Assembly: GCF_963921235.1 (NCBI RefSeq)
Contig: NC_086097.1
Coordinates: forward strand, 8,990,001 to 9,054,000
Origin: Mobula hypostoma
Lineage: Eukaryota
Reading direction: 5' to 3'
Length of the DNA: 64,000 bases
This document shows, piece by piece, positions 38,194-50,319 of the stretch (its first letter is position 1; each line of letters opens with the position of its first letter). The translations under genes were made by a program, and so were the position numbers. A model generated the notes under the pieces. It saw nothing but the letters and a program-made list of their open reading frames with translations. It was not told the origin of the DNA and did no database searches.

Positions 38194-38791
38194 TGTAACG
38201 CTCTGTAAGGCTTTATTGCTAATGCAATAGTCTCTCTGTAATGTTCCACTGCTAAAGTAATGGTTTTTCTGTAATAGCCATGTTTGGGTTATGATTAGAG
38301 ATAACAGAGGCTTGAGAATGTATGCTATCCAATGAGAGATTGTTGCTCTTTGTTGGGGGTCTAGCAGCAGGGATTTTGCGGTGTTTTGTCGGCGAGAGAT
38401 AAAGAGAGAAGACGCGAATGGAAAGAGTTGATAGCCCGGTGGACGGAGTGGACTTGGAGCGAGGGTCCGACGGTCAGCGACGCTTGGAGGAAGTCAATGT
38501 GGGGGGGGGTGGCAAGTGGACGAATCCGTGAGCTCCAACGTGCACGTAAGACTGTTTAATAGAAATGGGTCCTTTTCCTTTTCATTTTCTTTACAATCCC
38601 TAAAGTCAGATTAAGACTTATAAAGTTCAATTGTTTAATTGCGAATGGTGTAGTGTCTGATATTTTGCAGTACGGATTTGTAACCAGGCGACACATTACG
38701 CAGCATCCACACAAACGAGATTTCTCAGTTTGACTGTGCCAGAGGTTATCTTCCCCAGACAGACGTGTGCTGGTCGAACCTGAGGGTTATA
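38194..38791 (+). repeat. 3' LTR of the Gypsy element
   Basis: Starts TGTAACG immediately after the PPT and ends GAGGGTTATA. Confidence 0.93.
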
Positions 38792-39459
38792 CAAATCTGA
38801 CTGTAAACCTTTAGCCTTTAACATTTCCACAGAACTGAATTTCTAAAGCAGAGCACCAAATACTGGCATCAGCTTGTAGTATGATTAAGGTGACTGATTG
38901 AGGTGAATTTCTAGACTTAATAGTTTCAATATTTATGCTTTATTGCGTACCTCATCATGAGAGGAATTTAATACATACTTTATAGTCCAGTTAATAGATT
39001 CCTTAGAATGATGTTCATAATTGACAAAATTAGACAAAACACAGAAATGAAGGAAATATTGGGTGAAATGACTTGATCAGATTCTGTATCTGAAGAAAAT
39101 CCAGGTATCAGAAGGAGATCATAGGAATTCAGTTTAGATGATGGGACAGAGAGGTACAATTTGCTTCTCCTGGCCTATTAAGTGAGTTGTCAAATCACAG
39201 CTGCTGAACTGGTTTGTTCCTGCTTCTTTTTAACTGTCTGAATAAAAGATCTCGGCACAAAGCATTGACTAATTGTTCATTTCCATAGATGCTCTCTGAC
39301 CTGTTGAGTTCCTCCTGCATATTTGTGTTGCTCTGCATCTGCAGAATCTCTTGAGTTATTGTATCTCCAGTTCCCTGTCCATAGATGCTGTGTGAAATAT
39401 GTTTCTCGCCTTTTCTGATTTTATTATATGTCTCCAACCTGTGTTTCTGTTTTGTGATA

Positions 39460-39925
39460 TGAATCTGAACCAGAATCAGGTTTATTATCACCGGCATGTG
39501 TCATGAAATCTATTAACTTAAGTGCAGCAATTTAATGCAAAACATAATATAGAAGAAAAAAAACACAAAATAAAATAATAATAATAAATAAATTACAGTA
39601 TTTGTATATTGAATAGATTTTAAAATTGCGCAAAACAGAAATAATTTCTATTTAAAAAATGATGTTGTGCTCATGGGTCCAATGCCCATTTAGAAATCGG
39701 ATGGCAGAGGGGAAGAAGTCGTTCTTGAATCATTTTGGGTGTTTGTCGGTTAGTACGCAAGATGGAGCTGACTAAATTTACGACCTTCTGCAGCTTCTTT
39801 CTGTCCAATGCAGTAGCGCCCCCCCCCCCATACCAGACAGTGCTGCAGCCTGTCAGAATGCTCTCTACAGTACATCTATAGAAGTCTTTGGGTGTTTTTG
39901 TTGACATACCATATCTCTACAAACT
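39460..39925 (-). mobile_element. Rex1/Babar-like LINE 3' fragment
   Basis: MSTKTPKDFYRCTVESILTGCSTVWYG...LQKVV; reverse complement of the 3' tail (AGAATCAGGTTTATTATCAC). Confidence 0.8.
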
Positions 39926-40119
39926 ATTTCATATTTCACTGATCATAATGCTATATCATATTTCACTGATAGAGCATACTGATGCTTTGGCATATGATAA
40001 GCTTTATCTCATCCACTGAAGCAGTTTACAGAAAACAGATGGGGTCTCAAATGTTGGTGCTTCTTCATTTATGACAAAAATACACTGGAACATAGTTTTC
40101 AACGTAGCAAATACAAAGA

Positions 40120-40860
40120 AACTCAAGTTCCAGTTTATTGTCATCTGACTATACATATATACAACCAAACAAACCAATGATCTTCTGGATTATAGTACAC
40201 ACACAAAACATATATTACACACAGCACATAAACCAATTAAGCAGTAAACTGTAAACAGCTTGTTGTCCCAGTGACAAGACCTCGGTGAGGGCAGAGTATT
40301 CATTAGTCTCACAGCCTGAGAGAAGAAGCTGTTACCCAGTCTGGCAGTCCTCTTCCTGATGTTCCTGGCAACACACACAAAATACTGGAGGGATTCAGCA
40401 GGCCAGGCAGCATCCATGGAAAAACGTACAGTCGACTTTTCAGACTGAGACCTTTTGGCAGGAATTCCAGTGAAACCCTGATGTTCCTGTATCTCCTTCC
40501 CGACAGTATTGGGTCAGAAAGATTCTGGAATGGGTGGCAGGGATCCTTAACAATGCTTTGGGCCTTTTGTCTGCAATGCTCCTGGTAAATGTCACAAATA
40601 GGGGGGAAGGGAGACACTGATGAACCTCGAGGGGATTTTTACTGTCCTTCGTAGGGTCTGGTGGTCCAATAGCTTGCAGCTTCCGCTTCACACAATGATG
40701 CAGCCAGCCAGGACACTCTTGATCATGCTCCTGCAGAAAGCTGTTAGAATGGGGGAGGGCAGCCTTGCATACCTCAATCTCCTCAGAAGTATAGATGTTT
40801 CTATGCCTTCTTAACTAGCTAGGAGTTGTTGTGGGTCCACATTAGATCATCTATTATGTG
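40120..40860 (-). mobile_element. Rex1/Babar-like LINE 3' part carrying a Penelope-derived insert at 40368-40476
   Basis: LSGRRYRNIR | RTARLGNSFFSQAVRLMN is split by an insert flanked by the 13-bp TSD CCTGATGTTCCTG. Confidence 0.82.
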
Positions 40861-41329
40861 TTTAATAAAAGATACTAGAAACACTTAGCTTTTCAAGATG
40901 TTTCATTAGAGAACAGTGTGAATATTTCAAGTTAATGAACTTCCACCAGTTTAAAAGTCATTAAGCTGAAACATTCTCACTCTGTAGATGTTATGTGGCA
41001 TGTTGAAAATTCCTTTCATTTGAAATTTGTTTTAGATTTCCAGCATCTGCAACATTTTGGTTTTGGTGAACGCAACATTCACTCTCTCAGCCAAGCAGTG
41101 CAACATCAATTACTGCAACACCACACTGCATCTGGTATATTTTGTATAAGGTGGTTCTTCCATATATTCACTTTGAATTATCCTTGTATCATTTTCAGGC
41201 AATGGCCCTTTATTCTAATAAGCTGACTTTCCCTGAGTGTGCAAAGCAAAATCATCTAACCACTGCTCTCAGTAAACTGTCAAAAAACACAGCAATACAT
41301 TAAAAGCTGCAGTAAACAGAAACAGGATC

Positions 41330-42045
41330 ATAATGAGAATTAGGTTTAATATCATTGGCATATGTCGTGAAATTCGTAGTTCAGCAACAGCAGTACATTG
41401 CAATACATAATAAAAAACTATAAATTACAGTAAGAAATATATATATAGATAGATAGGTAGATAGATAGGTATAGATATAGTATAGATATGGATGCATTTT
41501 CCTGATTAGTCAGGGCATCAAAGGATATGGTAGTAAAGCAGGTGTATGGGGTTGAGTGGGATTCGGGATAAGCCAGGATGGAATGACAGAGCAGACTCAA
41601 TGAGCCAAATGGCTTAATTCTGCTCCTATCTCTTATTGTCTCATGGTCTTATACGTAAAATTAAATATTTAGTGTAAAAAGAGTGAGAGAGAGAAAAGGA
41701 AAACATTGTGAGGCAGTGTTTATGGATGGGTTCATTGTCCATTCAGAAATCTAATGGTGATGATGAAGAAACTGTTCCTAAAATGTTGACTGTGTGTCTT
41801 GCAGCTCATGTAACCCCTTCCTTGATGGTAGCAATGAGAAGAGGGTACATCTTAGGTGATGGGGGTCCTTAATGATGGATGCCAACTTTTTGAGGCTTTG
41901 CCCTTTGAAGGTGTCCTTGATGTTGGGCAGTCTAGTGCCCCTGATAGAGAGTTTACAACTTTCTGCAGTTTTTTTTCCAATACTGTGCAGTGGCCCCTCC
42001 ATACCAGTACAGTTAGAATGTTCTCCATGGTACATCTGTAAACGG
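41330..42045 (-). mobile_element. Rex1-like 3' end with nested (GATA)n tract and a short plus-strand CR1 3' tail (41490-41650)
   Basis: IIKDPHHLRCTLFSLLPSRKG motif; CR1 terminus AATGGCTTAATTCTGCTCCTATCTCTTA. Confidence 0.7.
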
Positions 42046-42720
42046 TAAAGCTAGTGCATTCTATTGAATAGTTCCATTTCATCATAACCAGAATTGCTGC
42101 AAAAGTTTATTGATTTTTTTGAGCTTTCATTTTTTTTCCTTTAATAAATGGACTCTTGTGGTACAGATGAGTTACCTGGTATTATTAGTGTCACTTGTGC
42201 TTTTTACATAGGGATTCTAGATAGCGCCATTAAGCCAGCTTTACGGAATTATGCAGGTTGGTATCTAGGATACACAAATGGAAAAAGATGCAATGACTGA
42301 TTGCTGAAGGAGGTTGATTTGCAGCTAATGACACTGTTTTGCACTATCTCATTTTTCTTTGTTTCCTGCAAATTCTAAGTGAAAATTTTGTGTTATCAGG
42401 ATGTACACAAGCAACTGGATGGAGGCTGGTCGATGTCACCATGGTTCAGGTCATTAACTGCTATCAAAGAGGACACTTAACCTTTCTCCATTCAAGCACA
42501 CGTTTTTGATGGAAGGCCAATGATCCGAGTGAGACTGAAAAAGATTCTTCTGTACAAATGGTCTGTGCCATGTTTGATGCTCCAGGTGAGGATCCTGCCA
42601 ATGTTAATTTTACTTTTCCAAAGGTGCAATGGTTGCTGGCATGAGAATCATTTCTTAGTCTGATTAGTTCTGATGGAATGATGCTGGGTTGTTGAAAAGA
42701 TACAGTTTATACCCTTAAAG

Positions 42721-42790
42721 CAGCCTTTTATATGCCATGGACCAATACCATAGTGCAAGGTGTCAGTGGACCACAGGTTGGGAACCATTG
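42721..42790 (-). mobile_element. Tiny hAT-type MITE (about 70 bp)
   Basis: 8-bp TSD CCTTAAAG/CCTTATAG; end GGTTGGGAACCATTG; related copy at 57174-57254. Confidence 0.65.
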
Positions 42791-42813
42791 CCTTATAGGA
42801 ACTCCCACAGTTA

Positions 42814-43010
42814 GTAACACACACAAAATGCTGGAGGAACTCAGCAGGCCAGGCAGCATCTATGGAAAAAATACAGTTGATGTTTCCAGCCGAGGCCCTT
42901 TGGCAGGACTTTTTTCCATAGATGCTGCCTGGCCTGCTGAGTTCCTCCAGCATTTTATATGTGTTACTTGGATTTCTAGCATCTGAAAATTCTGTCTTGT
43001 TTGTGATTTG
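42814..43010. mobile_element. Palindromic Penelope-derived mini-element with 13-bp TSD
   Basis: ACTCCCACAGTTA at 42801-42813 and 43011-43023; near-perfect inverted arms of about 55 bp (AAAATGCTGGAGGAACTCAGCAGGCCAGGCAGCATCTATGGAAAAAA and its reverse complement). Confidence 0.88.
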
Positions 43011-43253
43011 ACTCCCACAGTTAATTGGAAGATTCCAGGAATTGGAGAGGGGTGAGGGGGAGGTCGATGCTTTTGTTGCAGCTTGTATAAAGGATGGAGC
43101 ATTTGGGGGCTTCAATGTTTATATCATTCATTCAATGGAGTTCTTGTTTTGTGGATGTCTGTGAAGAGTACAAATTTCAGGGTATTCTGTGTACATTCTC
43201 TGTTATTAAATGAACCTTTGAAACTTTGAGCAATGAAGAGCAATATTCATTCA

Positions 43254-43600
43254 GAGGTGACTTTATCAGGTGCACCTGTACAATGCAGTATTAATGCAAA
43301 TATCTAATCAACCAATCATGTGTCAGCAACTCAATGCGTTAATAAATGCAGACACGGGCAAGAGGTTCATTTGTTGCTCAGGTCAAATATCGGAATGGGG
43401 AAGAAATGTGATCTAAGTAATTTTGATTGCGGGATGATTGTTGATGTTGGACGGCTGGTTTGAGAATCTCAGATCTTCCAGGATTTACACGCGCAGCATT
43501 CTGTACAGTTTACAGAGAATGGGGCAAAACATCCAGTGAGTGGCTATGCAACACATCAAACCAGGAAGTGGATGGGCTACAGCAGCGCTAGACCAGAAAC
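43254..43600 (+). mobile_element. Tc1/mariner-like fragment (5' end and transposase N-terminus)
   Basis: ATGGGGAAGAAATGTGATCTAAGTAATTTTGATTGCGGGATGATTGTT encodes MGKKCDLSNFDCGMIV, resembling Tc1 MGKKxDLSDFERGMIVG; degenerate TIR ACTTTATCAGGTGCACCT. Confidence 0.65.
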
Positions 43601-43669
43601 ATACACTCTGCGCCCTATTCAATAGGGACATTTAATGTCAGAAAAAAGTATACAATATAATCCTGAAAT

Positions 43670-44200
<531 letters not shown>

Positions 44201-44382
44201 AATAGCACTCCCAGATCTTGATAGAATTTTACTTAGAAGACAACTTGGATATATTGACGTTACTGAGCATTGTTGTTCAGCACAGAAAAGTTTTCAAGTT
44301 CTGGAGATACTGTTGTAACACTGATAAGCAACTACATGCATTTTGCCGATTCCATTTGTTACAGCTGTCCTGTTCTTATGGA

Positions 44383-45665
44383 TTAGATAGATAGATACCT
44401 TATTGATCCCAAAGGAAATTACAATGTCACAGTAGCATTACACGATCACAGATATCCAAATACTAGAAGAGAAGTAAGAAAAAATAAAAAAGTTAATTAC
44501 CTCAAACAGTCTAACAGAAGGAGGTCATCACTTCCCCAGCTGTAGGTTGACTCATTATAGAGTCTAATGTCCAAGTGTAAGAATGACTTCACATAGCGCT
44601 CTTTGGAGCACTGCAGTTGGCTTAAGCTATCACAGAAAGTGCTTCTCTGTCTAAATGGGCTGACATGCAGAGGGTGAGAAATATTGTCCAGAATTTCCAG
44701 GATTTTCCGTAGCATCTTTTGTTCTGCCACAGCCTCCAGTGTGTTCAGTTTGACCCTATAACAGAGTCAGCCTTTCTAATCAGTTTATTGAGCCTGTTGG
44801 CATCACCCATGTTGATGCCATTGCCCCAGCACATTACCACATAGAAGACTGAACTGGTGACAACAGACTGGTAGAACATGTGAAAGAGAAGTCTACATAA
44901 TCCACAGGACATCAGTATGTCCAGGAAGCAGAGGCAACTCTGGCCCTTCTTGTACACATCTTCTGTGTTGATGCTCCACTCGAGTCTGTCATCCGGGTGC
45001 ACCCCCAGGTACTTGTAGGTCCTCACCATTAGTAGTAACAGGGAGCTCCAAAGAGCGTTATGAGAGGTCATTCTTACTGACTTTGAGCTGCTGTTGATTT
45101 GGCTGGCACCATTTTACAAAGTCCTCCACCAGAGCCCTGTATTCATCCTCCTGTCCTCCCTTTATACACACAACTGTGAGTCATCAGAGAATTTCTGCAG
45201 ATGACATGACTAAATCTGAGTATCTAAAGTCCGAGGTATACAGGGCAAACAGGAGGCGAGCCAATACAGTCCCCTGTGGGGCCCCAGTGTTGCTTATAGC
45301 CATGTCTGACGCACAGCTCTAAAGCTGCACAAACTGTGGTCTACCAGTCAAGTAGTCCATTATCCAAGATACAATGGAAGTGCCAATCTGCATTGAATGG
45401 AGCTTTTCCCCCAGCAATGAGGGCTGTAGGATATTGAAGGCACTTGAGAAATCAAAAAACATGATCTTCACAGTGCTGCCCTGCTTATCCAAATGGAAAT
45501 AGACTCTGTTCAGCGGGTACATGACCCCATCGTCGACTCCAATGTTCTCCTGGTAGGCAAACTACAGAGGATCAAGGACTGATCTGACCAGGGGTTGGAG
45601 GTGAGCCAGGACCAGCCTTTCTAGGGTCTTCATGATGTGTGAGGTGAGGGCCACTGGAGAGTTAT
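44383..45665 (-). mobile_element. Rex1/Babar-like LINE RT and 3' end
   Basis: HLDKQGSTVKIMFFDFSSAFNILQP, GAPQGTVL, QKFSDD and YKYLGVH.DDRLEWSINT; 3' tail seen as (TAGA)n. Confidence 0.88.
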
Positions 45666-45820
45666 CATTCAAGACTTTCACTTGACTCTTCTTGGGTACT
45701 GAGACCAGACTCACTGTTTTCCATACTGTCGTGACCCTTTTCCAGACTGAGACTTAGTTTGAAAGTGCACTGGAGACTTTGCACAGCTGCTGAGCACATT
45801 CCTTCAAGTGCCAATGCTTT

Positions 45821-45880
45821 GCCAATGGTGGATATGGTGTCCCAATGGTGGATATGGTGTCCCAGTGGTGGATATGGTGC
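45821..45880. repeat. Tandem repeat, 3 copies of 20 bp (CCAATGGTGGATATGGTGTC)
   Basis: Directly visible. Confidence 0.9.
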
Positions 45881-45919
45881 AGTTAGCATCATGTCGACCA
45901 CATATCTGTACATATCAGT

Positions 45920-46335
45920 GACTATATTTCATTCAGAGTTTGAGGAGGTTTGGTATGTAACAAAAAAAAGCCTTTAAAATTTTCTACAGATGTACCATGG
46001 AGTGCATTCTAATTGGTTGTATCACCATTGGTATGTAGGGGCCACTGCACAGGATTGTAAAAAACAGCAGAGAGTTGTAAATTCAGCCAGCTCCTTCATG
46101 AATACTAGCCTCCCCAGCACTGAGGACATTTTCAAAAGGTGATGCCTCAAAAAAGGTGACATCCATTATTAAGGACCCCCATCACCCAGGACATGCTCTC
46201 TTCTTATTGTTACCATCATAGAGGAGGTACAGGAGCCTGAAGACACATGCTCAATGTTTAGGAACAATTTCTTCCCCTCCACCGTCAGATTTCTGAAAGG
46301 ACAATGAACCTATCCATGAACACCACCTCATTACC
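45920..46335 (+). mobile_element. Rex1/Babar-like LINE 3' end
   Basis: FYRCTMECILIGCIT...IIKDPHHPGHALFLLLPS*RRYRSLKTH...FRNNFFPS. Confidence 0.82.
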
Positions 46336-47809
46336 TTTGCTCTCTTTCTCCAATAATCAATTATGGTTCTGAGTTTGTTCTGCCCTGATTGTTTCTAGCT
46401 TCTTGACTTTGAGGGTGCAGTGGAGTTTTTACCCAGATATTGCCCAGAATGGTTCATTTCAGTTAGAAGGAGAGATTCAGGAAAGTATTCTCTTGGATCT
46501 GGAGAGTAGGTCTCTTGATCATGAGCGTGTGAACAAAGGCTGAAAAAGACTAGGTGGACAGGTGAGTGTGTGTAGGAGGAGAATACTGAGTAGGAAACTA
46601 CCCAGGCAGAATATGAAATGGAGTTCTTCCTGTTTGTGTGGCCTCACTGCAGTAATAGGGAAGGTCAAAGGCAGATCGGCCTCTTTGGCAGTGGGTACCA
46701 ATCTTCCATCTTCAGTTAGAGACAGATACATAATTGAAAGAGGACCTTCACCCCTTTGAGTTTGTGCCTGGATTGGAATCAGGTATAATTGCACTGGCAT
46801 ATGTCAAAAATTTGTTGCTCTGTGGCGGTGATACATTGCAATACAAAATAATAAAAAAAACTATACAAGTTATACTATATCTTATAATAACAGATAATTA
46901 TTATAAAATTATTATAATTAACAAAATGAACATACAATATGTTCAAGATTCAAGATTGTTTAATGTTATTTCCAGTACACAAGTGTAAAGGAAAAAGAAA
47001 TAATTGTTACTCTGGATTCGGTGTAGCACAAAATATCAAAGTAAGATAAAGAACACAGTAATATTTTCTTATTAATTTATATTTGACTTTATTGTTATAC
47101 ATTAGACAGTACCACTGCCGTAAAGCAATAGATTTCAGGACATATGCAAATGATATTAAACCTGGTTCTGTTTCTGGAACCCAATGCTCCAGGGTCATCT
47201 CATATATCACTAAATGTTATCCTGTATAGAAGAAGTTGACAATCTGGCAAACTGTACCAGAGGTGAGGATTGAATTGAGATCTCGGGAACTATAAGGTAG
47301 CTGCACTACTGTCTTTGCCACTCTTCTGTCTTGCTGAAAAACCAAGAATATACTTCAGAAACTTTTATTGCCAATTTTGAAAATGTGCTCTTCATTTTCA
47401 CAACTATTAACATCTTCAAGGAGTTTGCTAAATCTGTGCCAACCTTAAATAGGAAACCTCTGTGAATGAGACATCTACTCAAACAAAGAGAATGAGGGAG
47501 ACACAGGAGTTCATTTACTGTTCACAAATATTACAAATTATGATATTAAACAATGCTAACATTCAGAGTAAGTAGCTCTGATTTTGTGTATAATTCATTC
47601 CAATATGAAGGTTTCATAATTCCCAAGGTATCAATGACAAATTTCTCTTTGTCAGGCTGTCAAGTACTTCCACACAGGATAACAGTTAGTCATACAGTAT
47701 GCTTGATGATTCTGGAGCATTGAGCAAATCACATTCTTATGTCACTGGTGTATGAGAAAGTGCAGAACATCAGATGACTGAAAAAAAAACGTAATTAATA
47801 ACCCTAAAA

Positions 47810-48015
47810 GATTTTTCAGATACTGCAAATCCAGAGTAACAAACACAAAATGTGGGAGCAACTCAGCAGGTCAGGCAGCATCTGTGGATATCAATAAACA
47901 GTCAATTTTTCAGGATGGGACCCTTCATCAAAACTGGAAAGGAAAAGAGAAGGTTCTGGCTTCTTCCTCCTCCTTTTCTAGTCCTGCTGAAGGTTCTCAG
48001 CCAGAAACATCAAAA
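47810..48015. mobile_element. Penelope-derived terminal sequences in inverted arrangement
   Basis: ACTCAGCAGGTCAGGCAGCATC block plus two opposite-strand hammerhead-like remnants at about 47899-47936 (-) and 47979-48015 (+). Confidence 0.65.
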
Positions 48016-48044
48016 CTCTCATGCTCTGTCTGTCTGTTTGTGAT

Positions 48045-49229
48045 CTCCAATTAGTGCAAATGGTGCATTACAGTGGCACTTTTTTTGGCTAAATCGAATT
48101 AAAATGCACTAACTTACAGAATGCAGGCAAAGTTCAGGGTTATATATTCGTATAAAATTGCTCATTCAGCAAGATCAACAGGCTCGCTTTCACCCGAGAG
48201 CCGATCCGCCATCATGGAAATTGGGACATGACAGGCCAACTCATGCAGACGGCCAGCCTCAGCAGCGACACCTACTGGAGTAAAAGGGCAGGGCAGCTCT
48301 ACTTCGAGGGGTCACATTCTGCTAATCACCATCAGCATGTGTAGGATTGGGACAGATCTAACTTCCACCCAACAATAAGAGATAATTAAATCTTATTGTA
48401 ATGACGTACTTCAAGACACCCATAAAACCCTTTGCTGCAGTCAAAGGACAGCGGTGACTATATCACATACATTTAGGAGAGCGCCAACCACATCATCAAG
48501 AATAATCAGCATCCTTTGGTGTTACTGCTTCATATCTTCTATCCAGCATCAGGGTAAAAAAAATGGTCAGCCTAATTATGCTGCGTGGAAAGGGAAGGAG
48601 GACATTATGGTCAAGGGATGATGCCGAACGTCGTTGAGAAGTAGCAAGGAGAGGGAGAGAACAAGAATCAGATGAGGCCAGGGCCGCACGACTCCAAGAT
48701 CAAATAATCAGGACAAAAAAAGATGAGAGAAGAAGAGACAGTGGAGGAGAGGCATGCACGTCTCCAGGATCAGAGACAAACAACAAACTGCAGAAGAGAT
48801 GAAGAGACGGGGGATGAAAGGGCTGCACATCTCCAGAATGACAAAAACAGGCACAGAAGGAGGAGAGAGGAAGAGATAAAGGAGCTGAGAAATGCACGTC
48901 TCCAGGATCAGAGACAAAGAACAAACAGCAGAAGAGATGAAGAGACGGGGGATGAAAGGACTGCACATCTCCAGAATGACAATGAGAGGCACAAGGGTGG
49001 CAGGTAAACCAGAAATGATGCCATCAAAAGTGTCCTTCGCTAAACGAGGAGGAGCTATATTTGCTTTGCTACGCGTCGTTCTTCTTTAATAAACTGAGGT
49101 TTTCTACTTCAGTTTCCAAAGCAAAGCGATACCAATAGCATTCAGGAAAATTTAATGTTCATTCTGGTCACATCAGACGGCACTACCCTTCTCTCAAAGG
49201 GTGCCCCAACGGGTCACCTCATTGTGTAG
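48045..49229 (+). mobile_element. Non-autonomous Helitron-like element with an N-terminal acidic/basic repeat ORF remnant
   Basis: Repeats EETVEERHARLQDQR / EETGDERAAHLQND resemble N-terminal repeats of animal Helitron Rep/Hel proteins. 3' hairpin GGTGCCCC-AAC-GGGTCACC, then GTAG|T (a variant of CTRR). No TSD; 5' end uncertain. Confidence 0.72.
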
Positions 49230-49389
49230 TTCATTACTATAATTGCCGTTTTCCCTTCTGTTCGCTGCCAACTTGTTGAAATTAGTTGGCTCATGGTGTT
49301 TTCATACAGAAGAATGTTTTGTTTATTCATCTCCCATTACAAAGTATTTCTGAGGAGGATGAAGAGAGCTGGATATTACAGATATTACA

Positions 49390-49950
49390 GAGAGAGCATC
49401 CTAACAAGTTGCATCACTGATGGTGCAGAAAATGCACTGTAGCGGACAGGAAGGCATTACAATGGATAGTCAAAAATACCTAACACCCCACAGGTAGCAG
49501 CCTAACCACCATGATGGACATACATACAGAAGGGTACCAGAAAATGGCCAGTAACCGTATGAAAGACCCCACACACCCTGCTCATGGACTATTTGTCACA
49601 CTCGCACAGGGAGGAGGCTGCACAACATCCACACCAGGACCACCAGACTCAAAAACAGTTACTATCCCCAAGCAGTAAGGCTGATCAACACCTCCACCCA
49701 CTAACTCTACCACTGCCTTATTATTTCCCATCAGTCACCTTGTGTAGAGCCTAGCATTATTTCATGGACGTAAAATCAACCTATGTACATAAGTTATCTT
49801 ATGTATTTATATTTATTGTATATTTTTGTAAATATTGTTGTGCTCCTGATCTTATTGTCTTTTTCTCGTGCTGCATCGATGCAGAATAACAATAATTTTG
49901 TTCTTCGTACACTTGTGTACAGGGGATGATATTAACCAATTTTGAATCTT
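49390..49950 (+). mobile_element. Rex1/Babar-like LINE 3' end
   Basis: KDPTHPAHGLFVTL...GRRLHNIHTRTTRLKNSYYPQAVRLIN. Confidence 0.78.
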
Positions 49951-50319
49951 TAATTTTGTATTGCTGCTTCAGTCTCATTGATATTATCCATCATTCTATC
50001 TGACTGACTGCACCACAGTACTTCAGTGTAACCATGTCCGTCTGTGAGACTTTAGGCTCTAAACAGTGCGAACAATGTTTACTAATCACTGAATACAGAG
50101 TCAGAATAAAGTCGGTGGAATCTCCTTCAAGAGCTCTATAACTCATATCGTCAGATTTATTTACTTACTTATTTATTATTGTTACTATTTGTTTTTTTTT
50201 TGTATTTATGCAGTTTGTGAAGTCTTTGTTTATGTGTAGTTTTTCATCGATTCTATTGTATTTCTCTGTTTTATTGTTGATGCCAGAATCTCAGGGTAGA
50301 ATTTGGTGACATATCTAAA

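Larger units (their letters stand above)
32901..38791 (+). mobile_element. Gypsy LTR retrotransposon with PNMA/MOAP1-like gag, degenerate (RNase H and integrase N-terminus deleted)
   Basis: Paired LTRs 32901-33441 and 38194-38791 (TGTAA...GGGTTACA/TA); tRNA-Pro-like PBS; PPT GATGGGGGGAGAG; gag, protease (ILDTAS), RT (LDLRSGYYQ, YLDD) and integrase core (IHSDQG, RTTPYH). Confidence 0.96.

Noticed and set aside
42400..42586. Exon-like segment (TTATCAG| ... CCAG|GTGAG)
   Set aside because: Stops in all three frames and no recognisable product. A non-coding exon cannot be supported without RNA data.
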